A stretch of DNA of 64,000 nt. It comes from Guillardia theta CCMP2712. Lineage: Eukaryota > Protista > Cryptophyta. Under the pieces are notes generated by a model that was given only the letters and a program-made list of their open reading frames with translations, was not told the DNA's origin and did no database searches. Location: positions 1,190,799 to 1,254,798 of the forward strand of contig NW_005434673.1 in NCBI RefSeq assembly GCF_000315625.1, read 5' to 3'. Position 1 is the first letter of the stretch. The number at the start of each line of letters is the position of its first letter. Of the stretch, positions 25,601-38,100 are shown piece after piece. Position numbers and translations under genes: made by a program.

Positions 25601-28600
25601 CGGACGTTACTACGTCAGAGCGGGGTACCCCGGAGCAAATGGGAATATTCCGTACAGCAGGCAGTTTTACTGTACAACATTCTGCCTAGTGGACGAAATC
25701 TAGGGTATTCCTCACCATACTTGATATATACAACCGAGCAGTTTGACTATCGCAAGCTCAAGGTTTTTGGGTGCAGCACCTTCTTCAAGAATGAACTACG
25801 CACGTCAAAGGTGGATGATCCAGCAATTCATGGTTTAAATCTGGGAAACGCGTGCGCTTTCTCTGGATATAAGGTGGGGTATTTGGTTTGGGATATCGAG
25901 CATGATAGAATCGTCCATACGAATAATCTTACGTTTGACGAGCTGTATTTTCCATTACGTTGCCGACGTTTTCAGGCATCTAATGTGGAGGATGAATTGT
26001 TGAAGGAACTAGTACCTTGTGCACCAGTGGCATCTGACGACGACGAAGACTCCTCGGAAAATGCGAGTGAAACAGAATTGCAAATTCCTGAGGAAGTTGC
26101 AACGTCTGGCAGGAAGCGACACTGTCAGAGAGGCTCTGGTCCTGACGCAAGTGAAGTTTCCGCGAGCAAGCGCCTCCAATTGGAATTTCCACCTTCCTCG
26201 GTCCAAGGCCTGACATCTGGAGATCAACGGGAGGATACAGGAGAGCTTCGGTTGAGGGATGATACCGAATATGTGCCTGACGGTGCAATGTCTCCAGTTC
26301 CTCCAGCAGGCAGAAGAACACGGAGGGATTTCAAGGCGGAGCGAGGGGTCTTGGAAAGCAAATATGTCAATCGAGATGTCGAAGTTCTTGTAAATGGTCA
26401 AGTAGAGCAAGGCAAAATTTTGCAGATGGTTTTCAAGGAGGGAAAGTTTCTCGCGCGGATTGTTTTCCCAACTCTCGACAATTACTGGGTGTTACGGTCT
26501 GTCACTGATCCTGACATCAAGTTTTTGGAACAAACCGAACAGAAGGCAATGGTGGTGCTTACAAGTGGGGAGACAATATCAGAGGTCTGCATGTTAGCAG
26601 ATTATTACTCGTGCAGCTTTCCACCGAACGTCTTTGGTGATATGACCGACCATACCAAGGTTTTTAAACCCTGTCTTGATCGTGCAGCGGATGAGATCAA
26701 GGATGTTGTCGAAGCTACAGTTGGGGGTTCGCCTGAAGTGGTTGTACTTTCCCAGCACAAGAAATTTCCACAGTATCTGCAAGTTACACATATTGTGCAG
26801 GGGTCGACTGAATCTGAAGAGATCTTGTATGTTTGGGACAGGGGGGAAGACAGGACAAGCCTTCAGCCAGCATCCCAGCGTTTTGTTCCAGTATGGAGGG
26901 ATGAGATGTACAAAACTCGTTTACAGCATGTCGATCCTGTGTCATCTGCCCCACAGGTCAGTGCTAATGTGGACCCTACTTTCAGGGATACGCGTCTTCT
27001 TGTGGCGAATCTAGCGTTGGTCTCTCCCGTATGGGACGCGGTGGAGCTGGCGTCTGACCTGTTATCTCTGATGTCTTCCGACCGTGACAATCCAACTGCA
27101 ATGCCTGAGAATCAGGCAGATTACGCGATGACAGCGGCTTGCGATGCAGGAGATGTGGAGAACGAAAGTAGTTTTGACAAGTTACCAGATCCCAAGACAA
27201 GGTCAGAGATGTTACGTCGTCCGGATCGGCATCTTTGGGAGCAGGCTGAAAAGGAGGAAATTGCGAAGATCGAAAGTCGTGGGGTCTGGGAAGTTGTTAC
27301 GCGTGATCAGAAAAAACAGGGAGTCAAATCATTCTGTAATTGCTCGCGCCTTGTGGGTGTATGCTTCAAAACGAGACGTGAAGGGCAAGATCTTGAAACG
27401 AAAGGGGCGGCTAGTTATCATGGGCAACTTACTTCCTTCATCTGAAGAATTGTTTGCACCGACTACATCGTTGGACAATATCCGGCTCTTGCTGAGCATC
27501 GCGGCAGGCAACCGTTGGAGAATCACATTCAGGGATATCTCTGCTGCTTTCTTGTATGGTGACTTGGAGGTTCCTGTGTATTTGATTCCTCCAGATATCA
27601 TGAGTCTTCCTCCTGAGTGCCTCCTCAAAGTCTTGAAGTCGCTCTATGGACTTCGCATTGCACCAAGGAGATGGTATCTTAAGTTCACGCAGGTGTTGAA
27701 GACGGTGGGAGCAAGTGGGATAGGACATGATGAGATCATCTACCGATACTCCAACTGTGCGGGGGACGTCTTGCTTCTGACTGTCTTCGTGGATGACTTA
27801 CTCATTGTCTCTCAAACTGAAGCAATTAAGATTGAGTTTCTTGAGAAGCTCAACACAGTATTCGACTTTTCGGGGAGTGAGGCAACAGGTACCTTCTTGG
27901 GCATTAAAATAGAACAGAATGACGATCAGGGTCGGATAACTTTGTCACAACAGCATTTCATTGAAAAGATTGTTGAACGCTTTGAAATCGTTGCCAGAGG
28001 TGTCAAAACGGTATTACCTGGTCACTATCTCAAGACTTATCACTTGGAGGGTAAGTTGTTGAACAAGAAGGAAGTCCGCACTTATCAGAGTCTTCTGGGG
28101 TCCATTCTCTACGTGGCAAATTGTACGAGGGTTGATATCGCATTCGCGACGAGCGTCCTTAGTCGCTTTGCTCGGGCTCCTAGGCAGTGCGATATGGATG
28201 CCTTAATTCATCTTCTACAGTACCTTTACACTACTCGGGAGGTTCAGATCGTATACCATTGTCACGGAGTATCTTACCACCAGGAGTGTTTTGTCAATGA
28301 GATGATTGCATTCAGTGATGCTGGTTGGGGTACCGAGATTATTACGAGACGGAGTCAAAGCGGATATGGAATCGTTCTGAATGGTGGGGTAGTCGTCTTC
28401 GGTTCAAAAATGCAGAAGGTTGTTGCCCTGAGTTCTTCAGAAGCTGAAATTTATGCTGCCACCACATGCGCGAAACTAGTCAAGCTTTATAGAAATCTCT
28501 TGGGTCAGATGGGATTTACGCAGACTCGTCCTACTCTCTTGCTAATCGACAATGAACCATGTCTGAGGCTTTTGTGGGACAAGCGAAGTTATAGTCGACT

Positions 28601-28784
28601 CAAACACATTGATATTCGAACGAAGTATGCTGTTGATTTGGTAGAAAAGGACGAGCTCTATCCAGAAAAGATTCATACTTCTTATCAGCCTGGTGATTTG
28701 CTGACGAAAGTTCTGCCTTTGAATCGGTGGAGGCTCCTTGGTGAATTTCTCTTCGGAGACCCCTTACCGGATATGCTGCTCTGA
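22700..28784 (+). pseudogene. Disrupted gag-pol of the copia element
   Basis: Split into four ORFs (22580-23338, 23272-25425, 25484-27445, 27144-28784) in changing frames; the N-terminal half of integrase is missing near 25400-25440. Confidence 0.88.
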
Positions 28785-29984
28785 GGATGCTCGCCTGTCA
28801 TGCTCTCTGCGCTTCATGCTCTCTGCGCTTCTGTCAGGGTCAGTGCTACTCTGTTCCCATGCCGTCAGTCGCCAAAGTTGTATGCCCCGTGTGTGATTGA
28901 CGGTGATCCGAGTTCCAGTCTCCGACAAGGAGATTCAACCGATCCTGCTGCGGTGGCTTCCAGGCTTTATCTTCCGTCTTCTATCCGATTCAGGGAGGGT
29001 GTCTCGGGTGATGTCACCGAGGAGACTCTCATGGAGAACGTGAAGGAATCGGATGAATCGGAAGGAGGATAAAGACAGACACGTCTTCCTCAAGCCTGTG
29101 GCTAGCTGCAACCAAGACATCTGTTCTAGGTTAGTATCTTAGAAACTCGCTCATCCTGATCTATGGAACCCATGACGGTAGTGAACGATGAAATTGAATG
29201 GCCAAAATGAAAATTGAGAAAGAAATGACGGATGAGTCGAGATCGATAAGTCATGTGGTTGAAATGAAAGCGCTGACGTCAAAAATGATTGTGCCTTGGC
29301 AAAACAATGATCCCCGGGGTAGATAGGATAGAAAGGGCCCATAGATTAGAAACGAGAAAATTGTGTTCAAAACAATCAGAGATCAATCAATGCATTGCAA
29401 GAATTCTGAACCTGATCTCTGGAGCTTGATTGGAATTCTAAATTCTTGGCATCATCAATGGGTGGAGATGTCTTCATTGCTCAATGCGCAAGCTTCAGAG
29501 AGGTCACACGATGACCAATCTCATCATGAGGATCAGGTTGAAGAGGAGGAGGAGCTGTCTGACTTGAAAGATGCAGATGTGTTCAGGACTTAGTCTTGAA
29601 CTGACACTGCAGGCAGCTGGGAAGAGTTTATGATGGAAGGTGAGGAGGAGCGCAGGTGTCACAGGAGGAGAAACGCAAGTGCACCAGGGTGCACACTTGA
29701 AGCGAAGGAGGAGCGCAGGAGGCATGCAAGATGGGGGATGAGCCTGTGCAGAACGGTTGATGGAGTGGTAGCAGCAAGATGACCTTGGAGAGGAGAGCAG
29801 CATGGAAGTCAGCTTGGGAAAGATGTTGATGGTCAGGTGATGGGAGCAGCTGACAACGCTGCAAGAAGCTAGAGCGAGCGTTGGAAAGGAGGACATCGCA
29901 GGGGACAGCTGCTTAGCTGTCAAGCAGATGATTTTGACAAGCTGAGAAGGTTGCAGCCTTCTGACTTGCTTCCCAAAGGGAGGG

Positions 29985-30474
29985 TGTAAGAACTCAGGTT
30001 CTGACAAACCTCTCAGAAGTTCTTTCAGACGTGATAAGTTCAAGGGATGCGTCTAATCAGGTTGTGAACCAAGTGAAGCCTGCAGGTCCAAGCTAGTGGG
30101 CTGGAGCTTAGTCTGTGACTTAGAAGATCCGGTTGGTTGGAGCCTGGGGAAGCTGAGGCGGCGCCGGAGGAATCAAGAGGCGCCGGCTGTCGAAGAGGCA
30201 GCACTCGTACAGTGGTGGAAGTAAGGCGGTGGTGTGTGAAGGGAAGCTGTTTGGTTGGTCTTGCTGCTACGAGTGTTGGGAATAAAGTGCTGGGGATTGT
30301 TGGGAAGTTGATCTGAGTTATCTGAGGTGTTTGGTTGGCTGTGAAAGTCATTGGTGTCTTCGTGCGCACATCATCTGTGAGTCTTGGTCTTTGGACTTAT
30401 CAGTCAGCTGTTGAGCTGTTCTACTAGTCATTCATCTGTGCACAGACTCTAGGAGTCAGGAATTGATTCCAATA
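29985..30474 (+). repeat. 3' LTR
   Basis: Direct repeat of 21999-22488, preceded by the polypurine tract. Confidence 0.95.
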
Positions 30475-30910
30475 CCGCCGCCAGGCCGGCGGCCGGGCCC
30501 CGGGCGCCGCACCGCCGTCCGACCGTCCGACCGTCACTGTCACCGGCTCACCGGGTGACCGGCGGCCAAGTCACAGTGAAGCCAGTTCGGACCCGACTGA
30601 TCCCGGCTGTCGACTTGTAGTAACTTGGCTAAGCCCCGCCACTGTGACACGGTACGGTCCGAGGCTGAGCCTAGCCTCGGTGATCGCCGGGATCGGACTG
30701 ACTTATCTTACTAGGCCATACTCACTGACCGGCCATCGCGCCCGCCGGGGCGGCCCGCGGCGGGCCGGCCGGGCCCAGCCTGCCAGGCACTGTCAGGCGG
30801 CACGGTTCAACGGCGCCGCGGTTGAGAGTTACCCCGGCGGCGTCGGAGACGGTCCGATCGGAGCCAGCCTGCCCGGCGGGCTCAGCCCGGCGGCCCGACT
30901 TCAATCCCTT
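30475..30910. repeat. GC-rich palindrome-mosaic island (continuation of 21590-21998, split by the LTR element)
   Basis: Same vocabulary on both flanks of the TSD. Confidence 0.7.
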
Positions 30911-31161
30911 TACTGACTTCAATGGTTTCACAGTTTAGTTAAAAATCAGGGTTTTCTTCAATAGCGGGAGGAGGAAGGTAGGATCAACATCTGGTGGTTT
31001 CGGCATCCAAGAAGAGGATCCTTGACGATCCGATCGCACCTGCACAGGCCTACTGGTTCTAGCTCTGAAATCTGCCTAGGATACCTCGTCCCGACTCTAT
31101 ACTCGCCCCTGCTCCCCCTTCAATGTCTGCTGACCTGCGAAACCTTCACTGGCTCACCTCA

Positions 31162-32594
31162 ATGAGCAAAATCTTCCTTCTCCTCCACCTCCTCCTTCTC
31201 TTCTCCTTCTTCTCTCCTTCAGATGCAAGTAGGAATCATCTGCCCGTTCTCCGCCTACCGTCCCTGCGCCTCCGAGGAGGTTACCAGCGAATCGAGCCAC
31301 AAGTGAACGCAACGTGGGATGCCCGGTCACTCAAGATGGAAATAAAGGAAAAGGGCTGGGGGGCTTGCTATTGGAAGACGAATGGAACTGAAGATTACTT
31401 GGTTTGTGCGATCTTGGATAGCAAATTGTTTGATTAAAAGCTCATGCAGGGCATTGCAGGGAGAATCTTCGCGTTCGAACCTTCAAAGTGAGTAACTCAT
31501 GCGAATGTTCCCGACGAGAGGCTGATAGACCTGCATCAGGACGTGTATCTTGCCGTTATGGAATGCCGAGATCGAAGACTTGAGTTTCCCGCGTTGGCAG
31601 GACGGCAAGGAGGTTGATTTCGAAGAGATGAAACGGGTGAATCAAGCTGGTTACCCTTTCAGATTCTGGCTTTCAAAGCTTCTCAACACCAAAGAGGAAG
31701 GCGAGAATAAGCTGAAAATTGGTGGACTGTCCTCCTTGGCCTCGCCTTTCCAACTTATTGCGTTGACAAATTCCATTCAGAGCAACTTCATGGCCCCTTA
31801 TGACTTCATCATCGCAGACCGGAAGGTAATCCGGCAGAAGTACGCGGTGAAGGAGCGTCCATTCGGCAGCAAAGACAACTGCTGGGTGTTCCAGATGCAA
31901 GGGGAGGGAGAGCCCAGGATTGTGAATATCAAGCTGGGGGAGGACGATCGTATGTTGTCGCAGAGAGAACCGATGCACGTCTTCCAGCTAGAGACCTTCA
32001 ATGCTTCCTTAGATCGCCCGGTCGACGTCACCCACGGCGTCTCAGGACTTCCTCTCTTGCTAAATGGTGAAAGAGTCTCCACGTATATCCGGTGGAAGTC
32101 AAACTTGAGGCCGATGCGCCCCAATGAAGTCACGTGGAACCCTGAGACAACAAGAGCTGCCTTCACTGCAATCTGCACGCTAGGAGAGCATGTTTGCCTC
32201 GCCACCATCTTCAAAGAGCTCACTGTGCACGAATTTGCCGTGTGCTTGCAGGTATCAAGGACGGGGAGGCGAACGTATGCGTTGATCTACATTTGGCAGG
32301 ATTTCGGAATGAGAGACGCGCTGTTGCTGGGAGGGAGTGGGGACGTTTGCAGCTGGGTTCGACAAGGTCAATCGCCGTGAATGTAAATCTTGCTGCTGAC
32401 TCTATGTGAAGAAAACACTCAAGGTGACCTTGACACAAGTTTCTTGGCCGCCAAGCCTAGATCAGGTTGTGATCGTCAGGTTTAATGGAATTCTTTCGCG
32501 ATTGAACTTGGCGCTCTCAGGTAGTACGAGATCTTTCATTCGACGAGGCATAAGGCCGCTCAATGCAGTGATAGCGGCTTATTCTAAATCATGA
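31162..32594 (+). CDS. Signal peptide plus LRLRGG leader protein with a C-terminal phosphodiester-glycosidase (NAGPA)-like region
   Basis: MSKIFLLLHLLLLFSFFSPSDA-SRNHLPVLRLPSLRLRGG; GVSGLPLLLNGE, AFTAICT, LTVHEFAVCLQDFGMRDALLLGGSGD resembles the NAGPA pattern T.xElA..l..lG..AlNLDGGGS. Confidence 0.55.
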
Positions 32595-33659
32595 TCTTCT
32601 ACCTCTTCTTGTAAATTCACTTCCGTGTGGACACTTGTTTGCTCGACCTTCTCGGCTTGTTTTCAGGGCTGACAATCCATAACACCCATCACATCTAATG
32701 CATCCTTGAACTTGGATTGACGACTTTGAGGCTATAGCATAGACATTCACGTCTTTGATAATTTCACTGTCTCTTTTCATTCTCACCCTAGGGGATCCTT
32801 CTCTAAAACCCCTTGTTTGATCGAGCACCTTCGACTTATCAATGATTGCGATGAGTCTTCAAGAAAGTTCGTATGGATAACATTAGCAGGATGAATCAAA
32901 CCAAGAAAGTTCGGGCTGAAACTTTTAGCATGGTTTCAGTCAAACTTCAACAATCCCTCACGCTCAATGTTTCGGTGGATCCACCAGCCCGATGCAGCTC
33001 CAACTTAATTCTGCTCGTTAATCCACCCTTCAATATAGGTTGCCCGACGCGACACTTTTTGGGAGGACCTACCCGCCTGCCCCGGGGCGCCATGGAGGAG
33101 CACGGGAGCATGCGAGACGTGAAGGGACAAGGGCTCTGCCGGGTCTGATCGAGCAAGCTCAGGCTGCCCTCCCCGAGTCCATCTTTGACTCCATCGACTG
33201 GTTTCAGACCAGAAGCGCTGGGCCCTAGCAGACCAACAGCTGGTTGGGCCGCATCGTTGTAGGGAATAAGTTGGAGCATGTCGAGCTCGATGTTCAGGTA
33301 TGCTGTCATGCTTGTGGCTTGCTAGCACAATGAGCATTCTTCAGTCGCAGAAGACCAAAGTGGAAGATGCGAGAGGATGAGCATTCTTCTTCGGAAGACG
33401 AGATGTTAGTAAGAGAAAAGCTCATGTGCAAGTCTCCGTATTGATGTTCAGCGCAAAGGAACTCTCAACGACCAAGACGGCTTCATCAAGAAAGCTTGCC
33501 GAGACTCTTTCTCGTGCTGGTCTGCTACAAACTCCTTGCGCTGTACGCAATCCCGACTACCTCGGGAAAAGAAACATGCCAGACGTCGAGGAAGACAAGT
33601 CGGCGGTTTGTGTCTCGAATACCAGGGCAGAGTTCGCAACGTAAGAACACTTAACTTGC

Positions 33660-34190
33660 ATGATGGGTGTGCTTTTGACCTTTCACAGAGATGCGTCGGA
33701 GCAGCAGGCTGGCTGCGATCAAGCTGAGAGCATCCAGGGCGGAAGAGCTAACCTGAGACCACACGCCATGTCCGAGGGCTGGATCAACGAAGATGAAGAT
33801 CCAGCAAGCTTCTCATTCCAGAACAACGAGGACACAGCGAGTGATGCAGATTATCAACCTCAGATACGTTCCTCCTCAGCTCTTGTTGCACGCCGAATCG
33901 AAAAGTCTCTCAAGAAGGACAACTCAGGATCCGATTCGAGCGAAGAGGAGGAAGATAAGGATGAAGATGTCGCATTTCTTTCAGTCATCTCCAAACTCAA
34001 TGAAATTTCGCCGACAAGTTTTAATGTCAAACTGTACAGGAAGAAGAAGTCTGTTCTAAGAATATTCCAAAAGGGATCTGATGACAGTGAGGATGAAACA
34101 AAAGACATGAAACAATTGTCCAACAGTGTAGTGCAAGTTGCATACCAAAGTAGACTAAACAAAATACACGGAGCACAAGATAATAGGTAA
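33660..34190 (+). CDS. Acidic/basic low-complexity protein of unknown function (probably a last exon)
   Basis: 176-aa ORF with D/E tracts and an RKKK cluster. Confidence 0.35.
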   Translation: MMGVLLTFHRDASEQQAGCDQAESIQGGRANLRPHAMSEGWINEDEDPASFSFQNNEDTASDADYQPQIRSSSALVARRIEKSLKKDNSGSDSSEEEEDKDEDVAFLSVISKLNEISPTSFNVKLYRKKKSVLRIFQKGSDDSEDETKDMKQLSNSVVQVAYQSRLNKIHGAQDNR

Positions 34191-35147
34191 AGGAACATCG
34201 TTCTAAGCAATATGATACAGTACATCATTTTGTCTCATGTTGTCTCCCTAGCTTACAAACATTGTTCCGTTGCTGTTCTCTTTGTCGTCAAATTCAAGCC
34301 GATGTGTTTACGAGTGTAATCACAAACACAGAACAACTACACATTATGTTCTGGCTGCCTGCTCGTGCTTAAGCCCTCAAACGGCTGAGCTTCCTTCTGT
34401 CTTGCCTCAAACTCTCTTGACTGTCTCCCAGCGCTGCTTGCTTGCTTTGTCCTGACTTTTTCTCACGCTCGCTTCTTCCTCTTCCACCTTGTTAGAAGCT
34501 TCCTTGCCTGTCTGCCTGCCCGCCCGTCCCCGAGCCTGCGGCCTGCCAGCTTCCTCCCTGCTCCCTCTCCACAGGAAGTAGGCCCGGGGTCGGGTAGTAG
34601 AGGGCTATTGCGGGGGTGATGACCGCACAAGGGTGGTCGTAAACGGGCGGATCAGATTTCTCCCTCAGTTCTGATCTGCAGGATGGAACGTTCTTACCCA
34701 CCAATTTCACTCAATATTACTTCGGGTAGTGTACTGACTACCCACCCATACCAGCCTTCGGGAAAAGGAGGGTTAGCACTATTTCCTGATATTCTACATT
34801 CCGCCACCTTGATGCTGCCGACCAGGTGTTCGCAATGCAGGAAGGCGTGACGAACATGGCGCTGGCGTAGCTCACGCCATGAAGAAAAGAAGATCGTCTT
34901 CCGTAACAACGCTCCAAATCCTCTACACCTTCTTCGTTGCGAAGAGGATGGTTTTTGGTATTTCCTGTCAATGCATAGCTTGTGTATTTCTTGATTTGCT
35001 TAATAACAGGGGAGGTTTGCTCAACCCTGAGTTATGGGGAAGGTTTCGCGACATCGTCGGTAACTGCTGGCAGTCTAAAACACTTCTATATTCACGTGAG
35101 AATAGCATCGACATCTGCATTGAATCACTTCCTAACATGATATCCCA

Positions 35148-38100
35148 GTCTCGAGATGAATATGGAAATCCGGTGCAAGCGCAGAATCTGTCGTACCTTG
35201 CAACCTTTCGAAACCAAAACGGGCTGCAGTTGGAAATCCAAAGTAGTCCACTCAGAGGATATGTGAAAAGCGTTTGGATGAGGGAACAGGGATCAAGTTG
35301 TCAAACGAATGGGACTTTGGTGTCCGACCGTGGCAGCGGTGGTGGTACAGGCTTCAGAGCAACTTTTGAGGTCTCTGGTGGGGCAATAGTCAACATTTCA
35401 ATTGTTTCAGGAGGAGATGGATACATATCAAGACCGTAAGCCTTTGTCTGTTTGTTCTATCGTTCCCAATGAATGCGTTTCGCAGGCTTATTGTGATCGA
35501 ATCCGGGGGTCTGGGTTGTACAGGTTATCTGTTCGGAGTTGAAATCGAATCAGCTGCAGATCATGTTGTACCCTTTATCACAACCGTGTCTGGCAGTTAC
35601 CAAGTTGCTGTCTTTCTTCTTTCTCCAGGAGGAGGATCCATCACGTATTCAAACTCTTCTAGCCAACTCTCACCCCCAACAGTTTTGATCGATCAAAATG
35701 TTTCCAATATTTCTTTATTCACGCAGCCTTCCTTCCCTTACCGCAGGTATTCAAAAATTATGTTTTCTTTCCCGTCGCTGATGGACTTGATCATTAGATT
35801 GCGATGGGATGGAGTTTTTGTAAATTTTCCAAACTTCTTTCTTGGGTCATCAGCAGGGTTGGCAAGGGGCATTGTTGAAGTGGACATATTATTCCCTGGG
35901 AGTGGATGTACTGAGGGAGGAATCCTCAAGGAAAGGTATGATTAGAATATTTATATTCTGACATTGATACAGGCCATTAGTGACTCTGGCGATGGATTCG
36001 AAGCCAGTTTCACAATTTACAAGTATTTGAACTCAAGCAATCAGGTTGCACAAGGAATACATCGCATCGGTATTTTGAATCAAGGTTCGGGATACCAAGA
36101 GCAGCCACAGTTGTACATAGCAGCAGGGGGATCAGGTTGCCAAGATTTTAAGCTTCTTCCTCTTCTATCCGACGATCACGTTCAGAATGTGTCATTCCAA
36201 CTTGCGGCCGAGGGGTAAAAGAATGATTCACCAATCGATTTTAAGTTTGACGCTAATACAACAGGCGGGCTCGATTATATGTTGGAGGATCGCTTGCGCT
36301 TCAGACAGGCTCACAATCGTTGCCTTCTCAGCAAAAAGGGACGATCAAGGACATTGTCACTTGTTCTACAAACATGGAAACGTATTCATGGATTTATAAC
36401 AGCTCAGAAGGTAGACGTTATCTGACGTCAAATGCATGCCCTTCAGTCAGTCAGATCGATGGAGTTGTTCTAGGATATTTCATCAATGCACAAATGCCCT
36501 TATATCCAAAGATATCTTTGCATCCGTTTAGTTACGGTTGGCTTTCAAGTGAAACCAGGGGAATACTAGGATTTGCTATTGATGGAGTTCCCTTCGTGCG
36601 GTTGGATTATTTTCAACAAGTCAGAACCGTATTCGCAATAGATTCTTGCAATGGTATAGTTTCCGATTCTCAATCCTATTTCTATGTCGGCTACCCTCGA
36701 TGTATACAGGACCTTTCTTCAAACTCCGGTCACTCTCCTCTTGTCGGTTTTTTACTCGATGGTTTGCCTGCCTACGGACCGAATGATGTTGACGGAGTTG
36801 TCGCTTCGTCGTTGCAAGGACCGTACAAACTAGATGAATGTGGAGGACACATGGATTCTATCCATCGATTCTATCACTATCACATTGATAGTACCTCGCA
36901 AATCAATTGCCTAAGAGGTTGTCTTGACGAATCTCGGATCTCAAGCTCATACGTAATATTTGATCGGGAGATTCCATGTCTTGAGGAAAACTTCTTCAAT
37001 GACTTCTCATCTCTTGCTTCGTTCCAAACATCAAAGAATTTCAACACCGATGGTTTGCAACCTGTAGTCGGACAGGTGGGCATGCGAGCAGGTCAGTTTC
37101 ATACTTTCGCATTTGAATTCGAGCCGTCGCGATGGTCTACTTCTCTCAGCCTCAGCTGGAGTCCATTCCCAGGAATCACCTTCCCTGTAACCCTCGCGTA
37201 TAACAAGAACGCTCTCCAGGACTGCGACTACTCCATGCCATGTAAAGCAATCATGATGGAGATTCAGCCACGACAGATTTATGAAACTTCAAGTACAGTG
37301 TCTGGAATTGACACTGTGCAGGGTATAGCGGGCTTGAACCAATTCGATTTTTCTTCTTCGACTCTGAATTTTACCGATAATGGCTTCGTTGAAGGCTATC
37401 CGAAGTATTTCTCTCGTGCAGGGTACATGAGCATCCAGCTACAAGCATATGATGTCTATGGGAATTCAATAGTTGATGGAAGTCAAGCTGTAAGTCTTTC
37501 AACCCTCTCAGTCCTTGACACTGGAGTCATTCAGAAAATTCAAGGAGACCTGGTGTACTTAGAAAATAACATCTCCCAATTTCAGAAGCCATCTGACGTA
37601 AGATTGGACATCTACATCAGATCTTGGCGTTCTCAAAACTTTTCTTCCTTTAAAATCATGTCTTTTGATGCTTCTAATTTCTCTGCAATACTATATCCAA
37701 GTATTAACGGTAGTACGCTTTCGGAGTCAAACTATCTCTTTTACGTCGTTGGTATCCTCTATCAATCAAATCAGACCGTCAGCGCTTGGAATTCAGTATT
37801 TTCGTGGGACATCTACGTCCCGACTGCTGGTTTATATGTCCTCTCAGTCAAATCTCATCGATCTTTAGAGTTTAACGGAAGTCCTTTCCTGGCAGCAGTC
37901 ATGTCTTCAAATTTCAATTCCAGTACTTCTCAAGTTTTGTCGAGATACTTTTGGAGAGTGGAGCAGTTAATTTACTTTCGTGTTGTCGCGAAAGATCGAT
38001 ATGGCAACAACTTGTCGCTGTCAATTCTGACCAATGAAAATGGTCTCGATAACTCCACCATGAATCAGTTGAGTGCTCTCCTGTATTTGCAGACCAAGCT

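Larger units (their letters stand above)
21999..30474 (+). mobile_element. Ty1/copia LTR retrotransposon, both LTRs present but internally deleted and frameshifted
   Basis: Two 490-bp LTRs; 5-bp TSD CCGCC (21994-21998 / 30475-30479); order PR (LLDSGAN), pre-integrase (WHLRLGH), INT (SDNGSEF...AERGIR), RT (FVDD), RNase H (FSDAGWG); PPT AAAGGGAGGG at 29975-29984. Confidence 0.97.

Noticed and set aside
22054-30369. Twin 109-aa minus-strand ORFs (22054-22383 and 30040-30369)
   Set aside because: They are simply the two LTR copies; no coding evidence.
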